Shown piece after piece: positions 47,139-56,709 of a DNA stretch of 64,000 bases. Under the pieces are notes generated by a model. The model searched no databases and had not been told where the DNA came from. It saw only the letters and a list, made by a program, of their open reading frames with translations. Within the stretch, counting starts at the first letter, position 1. Each line of letters opens with the position of its first letter. The stretch spans positions 248,001 to 312,000 of IMG/VR virus record IMGVR_UViG_3300037882_001770. One strand, given 5' to 3'. Made by a program: the position numbers and the translations under genes.

Positions 47139-47728
47139 AAAAAACTGTAGCGATTTTTGGAGCAAGTGGCGGCATTGGACGAGCTGTTAGGCAAGCCTTC
47201 CTGGATGCCGAATACACAGTTATTCCGGTCAGTCGTACCTTGATTGATTTTGCCGGTACTGATGCTGAACGTCAAATACAAGAATTTTTAAGTTTATCCA
47301 CACCGGATGTAGTGGTCAACTGCGTTGGAAAGTTTAGCAACAATGACGAGCCAGCCGGCCCACTCATGAACATAAACTTCAACAGCAATTGGGCAATAGT
47401 TCAACACTATTTAAAAAATCCACAGCCGGTTAGGGTTATTATTGTTGGGTCAAGTGCATACAAATCTGGCAGAAAAGATTACATGGTGTACAGCGCCAGC
47501 AAGGCTGCCCTATACAACCTATGGCAAGGTGCAAGAGATACGTTTGCTGAAACCGAAGTACGAGTCGACTTAGTTAATCCTGTAAGAACTCGTACCAAAA
47601 TGGTTGAACCATTTAACACAGAACTAGATTATCTGGAGCCACAAGAAGTTGCAAAATGTATTTTACAATTGGATCAATGGAACGATCCCAGCAGATGCGT
47701 AGACATAACTTTTAAGGATGCAAAATGA
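47135..47728 (+). CDS. Short-chain dehydrogenase/reductase
   Basis: GASGGIG, VVVNCVG, YSASK. Confidence 0.9.
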   Translation: MKKTVAIFGASGGIGRAVRQAFLDAEYTVIPVSRTLIDFAGTDAERQIQEFLSLSTPDVVVNCVGKFSNNDEPAGPLMNINFNSNWAIVQHYLKNPQPVRVIIVGSSAYKSGRKDYMVYSASKAALYNLWQGARDTFAETEVRVDLVNPVRTRTKMVEPFNTELDYLEPQEVAKCILQLDQWNDPSRCVDITFKDAK

Positions 47729-48498
47729 AAATAGGATTATTAGGACGCGGTACTGTAGGCAAAGCTGTCTATGAAGGGCTGGAATATCTAGGCCACGAAA
47801 TGAGTTTCTTTGACCCAGCCTACGAAGGCTCACACATTGAGGACGTGCTGTCAACTGACTGTGTGTTTATTTGTGTACCGACTGATCAGGCAGCCAACGG
47901 CGACTGTGATACCAGTATTGTAGACCGTGTGGTCAAAGATCTTGCTGAACGCAATTATACTGGATTGGTATCTATTAAAAGCACAGTAGTTCCTGGGACC
48001 ACCGAGCGTCTACAAAAAACCTACCCTGAGTTAAGATTAAGCATGGTTCCAGAATTTTTACGTGCTAAAAGTGCATTGGCTGATTTTGTATACAATCATG
48101 ACCTATTAGTTGTGGGCTGTAACAACAAAGAGGATGCGGAACTTCTAGTAGAAATCCACGGAAGTTTTCCTGAAAACATTGCTCGTGTAAGTCCTACTGA
48201 AGCCGAAGTGATCAAATATTTTAACAACGTACATCATGCTATGAGTGTGACCTTTGCCAACATCACATATGATGTATGCGACAAGCTAGGCGCCAACTAT
48301 ATGAATGTGTACAAGGCCATTACCAAACGTGAATGCATCAATCCTCATTACCTAATGGCCAATCCGAACATGCGAGGATACGGCGGGCATTGTTTGCCAA
48401 AAGATACCAGCGCATGGAACAACTTGATTCAAAATTTAGGATTAGACTTTGGATTAATTCAAGCAGTAATCAACGACAACGAGAAATTTAACAAATGA
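47725..48498 (+). CDS. UDP-glucose/GDP-mannose 6-dehydrogenase family, lacking the C-terminal domain
   Basis: GRGTVG, FICVPT, IKSTVVPGT, PEFL, AEVIKY, GYGGHCLPKD. Confidence 0.85.
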   Translation: MKIGLLGRGTVGKAVYEGLEYLGHEMSFFDPAYEGSHIEDVLSTDCVFICVPTDQAANGDCDTSIVDRVVKDLAERNYTGLVSIKSTVVPGTTERLQKTYPELRLSMVPEFLRAKSALADFVYNHDLLVVGCNNKEDAELLVEIHGSFPENIARVSPTEAEVIKYFNNVHHAMSVTFANITYDVCDKLGANYMNVYKAITKRECINPHYLMANPNMRGYGGHCLPKDTSAWNNLIQNLGLDFGLIQAVINDNEKFNK

Positions 48499-49406
48499 AA
48501 ATACTAGTAACCGGTGCCAGCGGCTTGTTGGGCACAGAAATCTGCCGCCAACTCAAACAAAACAAAAAAAATGTAGTATGGGCCATGGACAATCATTCCA
48601 GAAGCGAAAGCATTCCGCCCTGTGATAAGTTTATCGAAGTAGACCTAACCGCTGGCGATGTCGCGTATGCAGAGTTACCTATAGACTTTGATTATATCTA
48701 TCACTATGGTGCAATCAACGGTACTAAAAACTTTTACGAACGCCCAAATCAAGTATTATGGAACAACATGATTGGCGACTTCAATGTTTTTGAGTTTGCA
48801 GGCATGAATAAAAAACTAAAGAAACTAGTGTATGCTTCTAGTAGTGAAGTAGTCAGCGATGATCCAAAAAGCCCTGTACCAGAAAATACAAATATCACAA
48901 TCAACAATATTCACAACGCTAGATGGAGTTATAGACTGCCAAAGATATGTGCCGAGAATTACCTGGCCAACAGCAATTTGCCATATGTCATGATTCGATA
49001 TTTTAATGTGTACGGTGACAACAGCAAAGCAGGGCATTTTTTAGCAGACCAAATTGAGAAAATTCAAAACGGTGTATTCGAAATTATCGGGCCCAAAGAA
49101 ACTCGTAGTTTTTGTCACGTGGAAGACGCAGTAAGGGCTACAATTTTCTGCGCAGAGAACGCAAATCGCGAACTGTTTAACATTGGCAATGATCGAGAAA
49201 TCACTATCAAAGATGCTGCCCAAATTATTGCAGCTGAACTTGGACATGCTTCGCCTAAATGGAAAACCACTCCAGGTAAAGCCGGTAGTACACCAAACCG
49301 CAGACCAAACATCAACAAGCTCAAAAAGCTCATGAAGGATTACAAGCCCATGACATTTGAACAAGGCATCAAACAAATCATTGCCAATCGCGTTGACAAA
49401 AAGTAA
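48495..49406 (+). CDS. NAD-dependent epimerase/dehydratase (UDP-glucuronate decarboxylase-like)
   Basis: TGASGLLG, ASSSEV, RWSYRLPK, RYFNVYG, TRSFCHV. Confidence 0.85.
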   Translation: MKILVTGASGLLGTEICRQLKQNKKNVVWAMDNHSRSESIPPCDKFIEVDLTAGDVAYAELPIDFDYIYHYGAINGTKNFYERPNQVLWNNMIGDFNVFEFAGMNKKLKKLVYASSSEVVSDDPKSPVPENTNITINNIHNARWSYRLPKICAENYLANSNLPYVMIRYFNVYGDNSKAGHFLADQIEKIQNGVFEIIGPKETRSFCHVEDAVRATIFCAENANRELFNIGNDREITIKDAAQIIAAELGHASPKWKTTPGKAGSTPNRRPNINKLKKLMKDYKPMTFEQGIKQIIANRVDKK

Positions 49407-49422
49407 GTGCGTAGTGTATAAT
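49393..49422 (+). promoter_or_regulatory. Sigma70-like promoter
   Basis: TTGACA-N18-TATAAT. Confidence 0.6.
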
Positions 49423-49427
49423 AGTAT

Positions 49428-49961
49428 ATGAAAAAAATATATTATACCTGGCAAGATGTTGAGAAACAAACCCAAGAAATTCTACGCCAACTTCAGCGCG
49501 ATGCATGGATGCCCGACTATGTAGTAGGACTCACTCGTGGTGGACTAGTACCAGCTAATTTGATTAGTCAATACCTCGAGGTTCCAATGGAAACACTTAA
49601 GGTTAGTTTGCGTGATGATAACTCGCAACCAGAAAGTAATTTATGGATGGCCGAAGATGCTTACGGGTATACCATCCATGATCCTATGTGTAACGGTGAT
49701 GGCCGTAAGAATATTCTTATTGTAGACGATATCAATGATTCGGGTGCTACACTTAACTGGATCAAACAAGACTGGATGAGCAGTTGCATGCCAGTTGACA
49801 GCCGTTGGGATCATGTATGGAGCAATAATGTTCGTGTAGCTGTGCTAGTGGATAACGAAGCAAGCACCAGTGAATTAAATGTTAGTTATTCAGCTGTCGA
49901 CCTAAATAAGGCTGAAGAAGATTCGTGGATTGTTTTTCCTTGGGAAGATTGGTGGAAATAA
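49428..49961 (+). CDS. Type I phosphoribosyltransferase (Gpt-like)
   Basis: VGLTRGGL, ILIVDDINDSGATL, WIVFPWE. Confidence 0.9.
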   Translation: MKKIYYTWQDVEKQTQEILRQLQRDAWMPDYVVGLTRGGLVPANLISQYLEVPMETLKVSLRDDNSQPESNLWMAEDAYGYTIHDPMCNGDGRKNILIVDDINDSGATLNWIKQDWMSSCMPVDSRWDHVWSNNVRVAVLVDNEASTSELNVSYSAVDLNKAEEDSWIVFPWEDWWK

Positions 49962-49965
49962 ATTT

Positions 49966-50550
49966 ATGTTTTGCATGACCAAAGGTCCGCTGGCCTGGAT
50001 CAAGATAGCTAAAAATGCTTGTAGCAGTTGGCAGTATGCCTTGACTCAAGACGGGTGGTCACTTGAAAATCTATCTGACTATCAAGGGCGATGGCATGAA
50101 AAAACATGGTTCGCATTTTTACGGGAGCCATATGCTAGACATACCATGGGACTGGCAGAATTTTTAGACAGGAACAATTTGTTTTCTATTCTAGATCATC
50201 CAGCGTATTCCAAGGTGGTCTGTTCTGTACTGTGTGACGAGCATACCTACAGTGTGCACCATATGGTTCCACATGAACTAATACAACAAACCAACTGGTT
50301 TGTAATTGATCATGCGCATTTTGATTACGAAGAGTTAACTCGTCGTTTTTGTAAGTCTTATAATATTCAGATTCCGCCAATCCCCACCCTTAATCAATCC
50401 AGAGACGAGATTAAACAAATACGTAGTAGAATTGATCTTATTAAACAACAAAACCCTTCTGTGTTTGGATCGGTTGCAAAAAATTATCTTGAAAGAGATG
50501 TTTTTCTGTATGCAAAAGCCGACGGCAGTCAGTCAAAATTTGACGTGTAG
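49966..50550 (+). CDS. Sulfotransferase-like protein
   Basis: IKIAKNACSS and FLREPYAR resemble the 5'- and 3'-PAPS-binding motifs. Confidence 0.45.
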   Translation: MFCMTKGPLAWIKIAKNACSSWQYALTQDGWSLENLSDYQGRWHEKTWFAFLREPYARHTMGLAEFLDRNNLFSILDHPAYSKVVCSVLCDEHTYSVHHMVPHELIQQTNWFVIDHAHFDYEELTRRFCKSYNIQIPPIPTLNQSRDEIKQIRSRIDLIKQQNPSVFGSVAKNYLERDVFLYAKADGSQSKFDV

Positions 50551-50597
50551 TACACAGTTATGTTATACTGTTATATCAACTTATACCTATTAATATT

Positions 50598-51455
50598 ATG
50601 AAAATTAAAGTCAGCGAAATATTTTACAGTCTACAAGGCGAAGGTCGTTTTGTAGGAGTGCCCAGCGTATTCTTACGCACTTATGGTTGTAACTTTACCT
50701 GTTCAGGGTTTGGTTGCAAACCAGGAGAAAAGAGTGCAGGTGCAGACGAAGTTGCTAAAACAGTAGAGCTGTACAAAACATTTAACGACTTGCCTTTGGT
50801 AGAAACAGGGTGTGACAGCTATGCATCATGGCATCCTGCCTACAAGCACCTAAGTCCTACACAGACCACAGAAGAATTGGTAGAACGCATGCTGGCCCTA
50901 ACCCCTAACAATGCATGGCAACAAAACAACGGCAATGACGTACACTTGGTCATCACCGGCGGCGAACCCTTGTTAGGGTGGCAACGTGCTTACAAAGAGT
51001 TGTTAGAGCATCCACGCATGGCAGACTTAAAAAACATCACGTTTGAAACCAACGGAACTCAGGAACTACATGAAGATTTTAAATTGTACTTGGATTACTG
51101 GGCCTGCGACGGTGGAAGAGAAGTTACGTTCAGTGTAAGTGCCAAGCTGAGTGCCAGTGGCGAGAAGTGGGAGGAAGCTATTCGTCCAGAAATTGTCAAC
51201 AGTTATGAAGCTTACGGACATACATATCTTAAGTTTGTAGTAGAAACCGATGATCATATTCGTGATGCTATTCGTGCCACTGATGAATTTCGTGCCGGTG
51301 GATTTCAAGGAGTAATTTACTTGATGCCGCAGGGCGGCGTGGTCGAACCATACGATCGGAACAAGTTGCGCATTGCCAATATCTGCTGTGAACAAGGGTG
51401 GAACTACAGCCCTAGATTACACGTGGATCTCTGGGGCAACGGCTGGGGAAAGTAA
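50598..51455 (+). CDS. queE: 7-carboxy-7-deazaguanine synthase (radical SAM)
   Basis: EIFYSLQGEG, FLRTYGCNFTC...GCDS, ITGGEP, FETNG, PRLH. Confidence 0.93.
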   Translation: MKIKVSEIFYSLQGEGRFVGVPSVFLRTYGCNFTCSGFGCKPGEKSAGADEVAKTVELYKTFNDLPLVETGCDSYASWHPAYKHLSPTQTTEELVERMLALTPNNAWQQNNGNDVHLVITGGEPLLGWQRAYKELLEHPRMADLKNITFETNGTQELHEDFKLYLDYWACDGGREVTFSVSAKLSASGEKWEEAIRPEIVNSYEAYGHTYLKFVVETDDHIRDAIRATDEFRAGGFQGVIYLMPQGGVVEPYDRNKLRIANICCEQGWNYSPRLHVDLWGNGWGK

Positions 51456-51712
51456 TGTGGCCAGGATGGATAATGCCAATACCAGATCTTAGTATGCCAG
51501 ATCATTATAGCGACGAAAGATTTCTTGGTCGGGCAAACGTCGGACTTGAATGGTCATTGTGGCCACGACGATGTCATGTTAGCGGTAAGTGGTTGTGGCT
51601 TACACAAGCATATTGTGCCACGTATGTTGTTACTGGCCCCGGGGATCCTTGTTTTTGGTTCCGCTGGTACAGCCGTAAAGAAATGTTAGTATTAAAATTA
51701 AAAGGATATTGA
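51455..51712 (+). CDS. Hypothetical protein
   Basis: Trp-rich 85 aa ORF. Confidence 0.55.
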   Translation: MWPGWIMPIPDLSMPDHYSDERFLGRANVGLEWSLWPRRCHVSGKWLWLTQAYCATYVVTGPGDPCFWFRWYSRKEMLVLKLKGY

Positions 51713-51713
51713 A

Positions 51714-52094
51714 ATGAAATTTTTAGACAAACTTTTTAAAAAAAAATCAGAACCAAAATCAGAACCAAAATCAAAAAAGAAGTCTGAGAAAGAGCTTGCT
51801 ACAGAACGTGGTGAAGCATATTTTGAAGTTGTTAACATGGAGATCGATCCAAAGAACATCAATGCTGGTGCATTTGAATTTGATTGGAACGACAAGATGA
51901 TTGCCGATCTTGTCAGACACGGCTATCAGATGAATCCCAAAGACACCGATGCCGATATTGTGGATCGCTGGTTTACCGCAGTGTGTAGGAATGTGGTGCT
52001 AGAAACCTACGAGCAAGAGCAAGCTATGAATCCCGAACGTGATCGCGTGGTTAAAACACGCAACATCGGCGACGGGCGTAGCGAAGTTTCATGA
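51714..52094 (+). CDS. Hypothetical phage protein
   Basis: 126 aa ORF; FEFDWND motif. Confidence 0.65.
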   Translation: MKFLDKLFKKKSEPKSEPKSKKKSEKELATERGEAYFEVVNMEIDPKNINAGAFEFDWNDKMIADLVRHGYQMNPKDTDADIVDRWFTAVCRNVVLETYEQEQAMNPERDRVVKTRNIGDGRSEVS

Positions 52095-52726
52095 TTTTTT
52101 CAGAAGACAGCATGATATTTGTGGGGTGTAGTTATACCAGCGGAGTGGGGCTGGAGAATCGTCGAGACTGCTATAGCACTGTCATGTGCGATCGATTAAA
52201 CAAAAAAGAATTTAATTTTGCATATGGTGGTGCCAACAACTACAGTAGTTTTGACAAAATTTCAAAATTAAACTTGGCGGAAAACACCTCATTGGTTTTA
52301 CAAATAACACAGTTGGGTAGAATAAAATATTATGATTACGATCATCAAGCTATAAAAGATAGAGTTTTTTCTAGCCAGCCAGATCGCACATTGATGAGTG
52401 TATACCCTGACGAGTTTTTGATTTATGAATTAAATCGTTACCTTGAACTGGTCACACGATACACAAGAGCTGCCAAAATAAAGTTAATTATTTGGAGCAT
52501 AGCTGATTCATTTGACAACCGGATACATCATATGGTTTCTGACTGTGTGTCTCAATTTCAAGAATACGTCTATTTAGAAAGCAAGTTAGATTCACCTGGT
52601 TGTTATCGGGTTGACAACGGTACTGACGGCGTTGGAAAATCAATTGGATCAGGGCATCCTGGTCCCAAATCACATCAGTTAATCGCAGACAAGTTGATCT
52701 CTCATTATAAGGATTTATATTCATGA
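52091..52726 (+). CDS. SGNH-hydrolase-like protein
   Basis: VGCSYT, GGANN, GHPGPKSH. Confidence 0.55.
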   Translation: MIFSEDSMIFVGCSYTSGVGLENRRDCYSTVMCDRLNKKEFNFAYGGANNYSSFDKISKLNLAENTSLVLQITQLGRIKYYDYDHQAIKDRVFSSQPDRTLMSVYPDEFLIYELNRYLELVTRYTRAAKIKLIIWSIADSFDNRIHHMVSDCVSQFQEYVYLESKLDSPGCYRVDNGTDGVGKSIGSGHPGPKSHQLIADKLISHYKDLYS

Positions 52727-53199
52727 TATTCAATCACATTAAAAAACTCAAACATGACGGTAAAAAAATTGGTATTACTTTCAGCACCTTTGACATGTTG
52801 CATGCCGGTCATATTGCCATGCTGAGCGAAGCAAAGAATCATTGCGATTACTTGATTTGTGGATTACAAACAGATCCAACACTAGATCGGCCTGATACCA
52901 AAAATCAGCCCGTGCAAAGCATTGTAGAACGACAGATACAACTGGCCGCATGTAGGTATGTGGACGAAGTAGTTGTTTATCAAACAGAACGAGATCTGCG
53001 TGACCTACTGCTGATCCTGCCCGTGGATGTGCGTATCTTAGGTGTGGAGTATGAAGACAAGGATTATAGCGGAAGACAAGAATGCTACTCACGCGATATA
53101 GAAATTATATTCAATAGTAGAGATCATTCATTCAGCTCCAGCAGTTTGCGGAAACGTGTTGCCGAATTAGAAACGATCAAGGCGCTTAAACAGCAATGA
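52723..53199 (+). CDS. Cytidylyltransferase (TagD/RfaE-like)
   Basis: STFDMLHAGH, ERQIQL, SSSSLRKR. Confidence 0.9.
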   Translation: MIFNHIKKLKHDGKKIGITFSTFDMLHAGHIAMLSEAKNHCDYLICGLQTDPTLDRPDTKNQPVQSIVERQIQLAACRYVDEVVVYQTERDLRDLLLILPVDVRILGVEYEDKDYSGRQECYSRDIEIIFNSRDHSFSSSSLRKRVAELETIKALKQQ

Positions 53200-53825
53200 A
53201 CCTGTATGTAAACGGCGATAGCCACAGCTATGGAATCAATCTTGAACACACAGACAAGTTTGCCACTCTAGTGGCCAAGCAGTTTGATTTATCCGTTGAA
53301 AATCATGCACACATAGGCGCCAGCAACACTAGAATAATAAGAACAACCAGAGAATATCTGGCACAAGGCAATACTCCGTCTCTAATCATAATTGGCTGGA
53401 CCACGTGGGAACGCGAGGAGTGGTTGCATAACGGCACCTACTATAATGTAAACAGTTCTGGGCATGACGCTTTACCCGATGCCCTAGCTGACCAATACAA
53501 AGAATGGGTAGTCGAACAAACACAAACTGTGCTGGAAACAAAAAGTCAGCATTGGCACAACGAAATTTATCAATTGCACAGCGAGCTGGTGCAACAACAT
53601 ATTCCGCATGTGTTTTTTAATTGTATGTACAACTTTTTTAACTGTGACTCACGCAAAGAGTGGAACAATAACTATGTTGGACCCTATGACAACGAGTTGA
53701 GTTTTTATTGGTATTTGCATCGCCAAGGGTTCAAGACCGATGCTTGGTATCACTATTCTGCAGATGGCAATCGCGCCTGGGCCGAGTTCTTGATTAATTT
53801 TATTAGAAAAAATCAACTATTATGA
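53196..53825 (+). CDS. SGNH-hydrolase-like protein
   Basis: NGDSHS, GASN, IGWTTWEREE, WYHY. Confidence 0.6.
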   Translation: MNLYVNGDSHSYGINLEHTDKFATLVAKQFDLSVENHAHIGASNTRIIRTTREYLAQGNTPSLIIIGWTTWEREEWLHNGTYYNVNSSGHDALPDALADQYKEWVVEQTQTVLETKSQHWHNEIYQLHSELVQQHIPHVFFNCMYNFFNCDSRKEWNNNYVGPYDNELSFYWYLHRQGFKTDAWYHYSADGNRAWAEFLINFIRKNQLL

Positions 53826-54523
53826 TATTATATGTTAACGGCGATAGTCACACAGCTGCGGCAGAAGCAGTTAACCAACATGCATTTGCCGAAGATGACG
53901 GACAGTTGTTTTATCTAGGCCGTGCTCCTCATCCTGCTAATATCGAAGTCAGTTGGGGCAAGTTATTGTCGTTAACTCTCAAAGCCAGTTTTCATTGTGC
54001 TGCCGAAAGTGCTAGTAGTAATGCTAGAATACTAAGAACCACTAGAGATTTTGTCAACAGTTCAAACGGGTATGATGACCTACTGATAATTATTCAGTGG
54101 AGCACTTGGGAACGTGAAGAGTGGCTGCACAATGGTACCTACTACCAAGTAGGATCCAGTGGTATAGATGATATTCCACAAGAACTACAAGAAAAATATC
54201 GAAACTTTGTAATTGGCACTGATTGGGAATTTAAAACCAAACAAGCACACAAGGATATTTGGGAGTTCCATAACGAGCTGGAGAGAAAAGGTATCCGTCA
54301 TATTTTCTTTAATGGCAATAACCATTTTGGTGCTATTGCTGATCGTAAGGATTGGGGGAACAGCTACATTGGCCCGTATGACGCTGATAAAACCTATAAT
54401 GCTATAATCCGAGCAAAAGGTATCGACACAGTAGCACCCAATTCATGGCATTTTGGTAAGGATGGCCATAGCTTTTTTCACCGTTTTATGTTACAATACA
54501 TTAACAACAACAAGTTTATCTAA
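53822..54523 (+). CDS. SGNH-hydrolase-like protein, paralog of the upstream gene
   Basis: NGDSHT, SASSN, WSTWEREEWLHNGTYY shared with 53196-53825, SWHF. Confidence 0.6.
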   Translation: MILYVNGDSHTAAAEAVNQHAFAEDDGQLFYLGRAPHPANIEVSWGKLLSLTLKASFHCAAESASSNARILRTTRDFVNSSNGYDDLLIIIQWSTWEREEWLHNGTYYQVGSSGIDDIPQELQEKYRNFVIGTDWEFKTKQAHKDIWEFHNELERKGIRHIFFNGNNHFGAIADRKDWGNSYIGPYDADKTYNAIIRAKGIDTVAPNSWHFGKDGHSFFHRFMLQYINNNKFI

Positions 54524-54532
54524 GGCGGTTCT

Positions 54533-55558
54533 ATGAAGTATGTTTTGATTGACACAGCAAATCTGTTCTTCCGTGCTAGACACGGAGCATTCCGTGCTAG
54601 CGATTCTTGGGAAAAGGTAGGATTTGCCCTGCATGTTACCTTAATGGCTGCCAACAAAATGGCCCGTAGATTTGAAGCAGATCATGTGGTATTTGCCTTA
54701 GAAGGACGTAGCTGGCGCAAAGATCATTACAAGCCCTACAAAGCCAATCGTGCTGTGGCCCGAGCTGCTCTGACAGAAGCCGAACAAGAAGAAGATAAAA
54801 TGTTCTGGGAATCATATGATAGTTTGACTAAATACTTGAGTGAGAGGACCAACTGTAGTGTTATACGTTGTCCAACCGCTGAAGGCGACGATATCATAGC
54901 TCGCTGGATTGCTTTACACCCCCAAGACGAACATGTAGTAATTTCAAGCGACACAGACTTTGTACAACTGCTTGCTGAAAATGTCAAACAATACAACGGC
55001 ATTACCGACGAATTGCACACCATAGAAGGAATCTTTGATGCTAAAGGAAAAGCAGTCATTGATAAGAAAACAAAAGAACCCAAACGTATTCCAGATCCAA
55101 AGTGGTTACTTTTTGAAAAGTGCATGCGCGGCGATAGTAGTGATAATGTATTTTCTGCGTTTCCTGGTGTCAGAACCAAGGGCACTAAGAATAAAGTTGG
55201 ACTCCAAGAAGCGTTTGAGGACAGAGAAAAACAAGGCTACAACTGGAACAATATGATGTTGCAACGCTGGACTGATCCAGACGGTGCTGAGCATCGTGTA
55301 CTAGATGATTACGAACGCAATCGCACTCTAATCGATTTAACAGCACAGCCAGAAGAAATTAAACAGATAGTTGATTCTTGTATTCGTGAGCAAGTCAGTC
55401 ACAAAGACATTGGACAGGTGGGTGTGAGATTTATGCAGTTCTGTGGCAAATATGAATTGAATAAATGTAGTGAAAGCGCAGATAGTTTTGGACGCTGGCT
55501 GAATGAAACATACAAGGGAGTATTAAATGACACTAGTAGCACTACCAGTAGTAGATAA
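54533..55558 (+). CDS. rnh: RNase H / 5'-3' flap exonuclease (T4 Rnh-like)
   Basis: LIDTAN, YKANR, EGDDII, SSDTDFVQL, GDSSDN. Confidence 0.9.
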   Translation: MKYVLIDTANLFFRARHGAFRASDSWEKVGFALHVTLMAANKMARRFEADHVVFALEGRSWRKDHYKPYKANRAVARAALTEAEQEEDKMFWESYDSLTKYLSERTNCSVIRCPTAEGDDIIARWIALHPQDEHVVISSDTDFVQLLAENVKQYNGITDELHTIEGIFDAKGKAVIDKKTKEPKRIPDPKWLLFEKCMRGDSSDNVFSAFPGVRTKGTKNKVGLQEAFEDREKQGYNWNNMMLQRWTDPDGAEHRVLDDYERNRTLIDLTAQPEEIKQIVDSCIREQVSHKDIGQVGVRFMQFCGKYELNKCSESADSFGRWLNETYKGVLNDTSSTTSSR

Positions 55559-55976
55559 GCAGTATTGGATTTTAAAAGAAAACGATCGCAAGGTCGGAAA
55601 CGTGGAGGCCTGCGATGGCGGGTATCAAGTCAGGATCAACAATCAAGTAGCGCAATTCAAAACTATACGCATGGCAGCTCAGCGTGTAAACATTGAATTT
55701 GCTCCTGTGGTTAAAACAACCAAGACTCGACAAACCACAAACCTGGTGCATGGCTATCCTGCAGCAGGACGTGTGTACAATCCCATTTGGGACGTGCAAC
55801 AAAAATTACCATTGTTTACCAAGACCAACAAATCCAAATCTTGGTATGCAGCCGGTTGGTATCAGGTCAAGAAAGGTCGCAACTGGGCCACAGTTCAAGA
55901 TCCCAAATTGATTGTACTACAACGATATCCATACCACGGCCCATTTCACTCACAAGAAGAATTCACCAACACATGA
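55527..55976 (+). CDS. Hypothetical phage protein
   Basis: 149 aa ORF. Confidence 0.65.
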   Translation: MTLVALPVVDKQYWILKENDRKVGNVEACDGGYQVRINNQVAQFKTIRMAAQRVNIEFAPVVKTTKTRQTTNLVHGYPAAGRVYNPIWDVQQKLPLFTKTNKSKSWYAAGWYQVKKGRNWATVQDPKLIVLQRYPYHGPFHSQEEFTNT

Positions 55977-56341
55977 GCAATCCATTTTTAGATCAAGCTC
56001 GATTTATGCAGGCCTGCGACCAGTCAGTAGGTACTCAGGATTTGTCACAGTACCAACTGTATTGCAACCTAATCAAAGAAGAATTTGACGAACTGTGTGC
56101 CAGCGATAACATTGTTGATGATCTTGACGCATTGATTGACATTCTGGTTGTCACCATTGGTGCCATACACAGTCTTGGTGCCAATGCCGAAGGTGCTTGG
56201 AACGAAGTCATGCGCACTAACTTTGCCAAAATTGACCCGGTGACCGGGCGTGTACGCAAGCGTGAAGATGGCAAGGTACTCAAACCCGACGGATGGACTC
56301 CACCGGATCTGGCCCCATTTACTAAAATGCCCAATGTATAA
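55973..56341 (+). CDS. MazG-like all-alpha NTP pyrophosphohydrolase
   Basis: LIKEEFDEL...DALIDILVV...EVMRTNFAK...DGKVLKP. Confidence 0.85.
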   Translation: MSNPFLDQARFMQACDQSVGTQDLSQYQLYCNLIKEEFDELCASDNIVDDLDALIDILVVTIGAIHSLGANAEGAWNEVMRTNFAKIDPVTGRVRKREDGKVLKPDGWTPPDLAPFTKMPNV

Positions 56342-56468
56342 AGTATATTACTACCTGAGTGCCGGAACACACTCTGTCAAAACATTTGGAACATTCAGCG
56401 AAGCCAGTCGTTTTACCTGTTTGCTGCCTACAGGCAGCGTAAGCGATTTCTTCTTGGTCATGTCATGA
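56334..56468 (+). CDS. Small hypothetical protein
   Basis: MYKVYYYLS..., overlaps both neighbours. Confidence 0.45.
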   Translation: MYKVYYYLSAGTHSVKTFGTFSEASRFTCLLPTGSVSDFFLVMS

Positions 56469-56680
56469 GCATACACCTACAACGATTTGTTGATCGAGTA
56501 CGAGGATTTGAAGCCAGAGGCGCCAAAGACTTTACCATGAGCCTCAACGACGCCAAGGATCTGCATGCCGATATCACCAGACTGTTGATTGATTTACAAG
56601 CACTTAGAGAAAAAACCGCAGAAAAAGCCGCAGAACCGCAGGTGGTCGAGGTGCGTATGAATGGTGGCACATTCAAATAA
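56465..56680 (+). CDS. Hypothetical protein
   Basis: 71 aa ORF. Confidence 0.6.
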   Translation: MSIHLQRFVDRVRGFEARGAKDFTMSLNDAKDLHADITRLLIDLQALREKTAEKAAEPQVVEVRMNGGTFK

Positions 56681-56709
56681 TATAGGTATATTTTGGCATA
56701 AATAATTGC

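Noticed and set aside
51733-51772. AAATCAGAACC tandem repeat
   Set aside because: Encodes a low-complexity KSEP linker.
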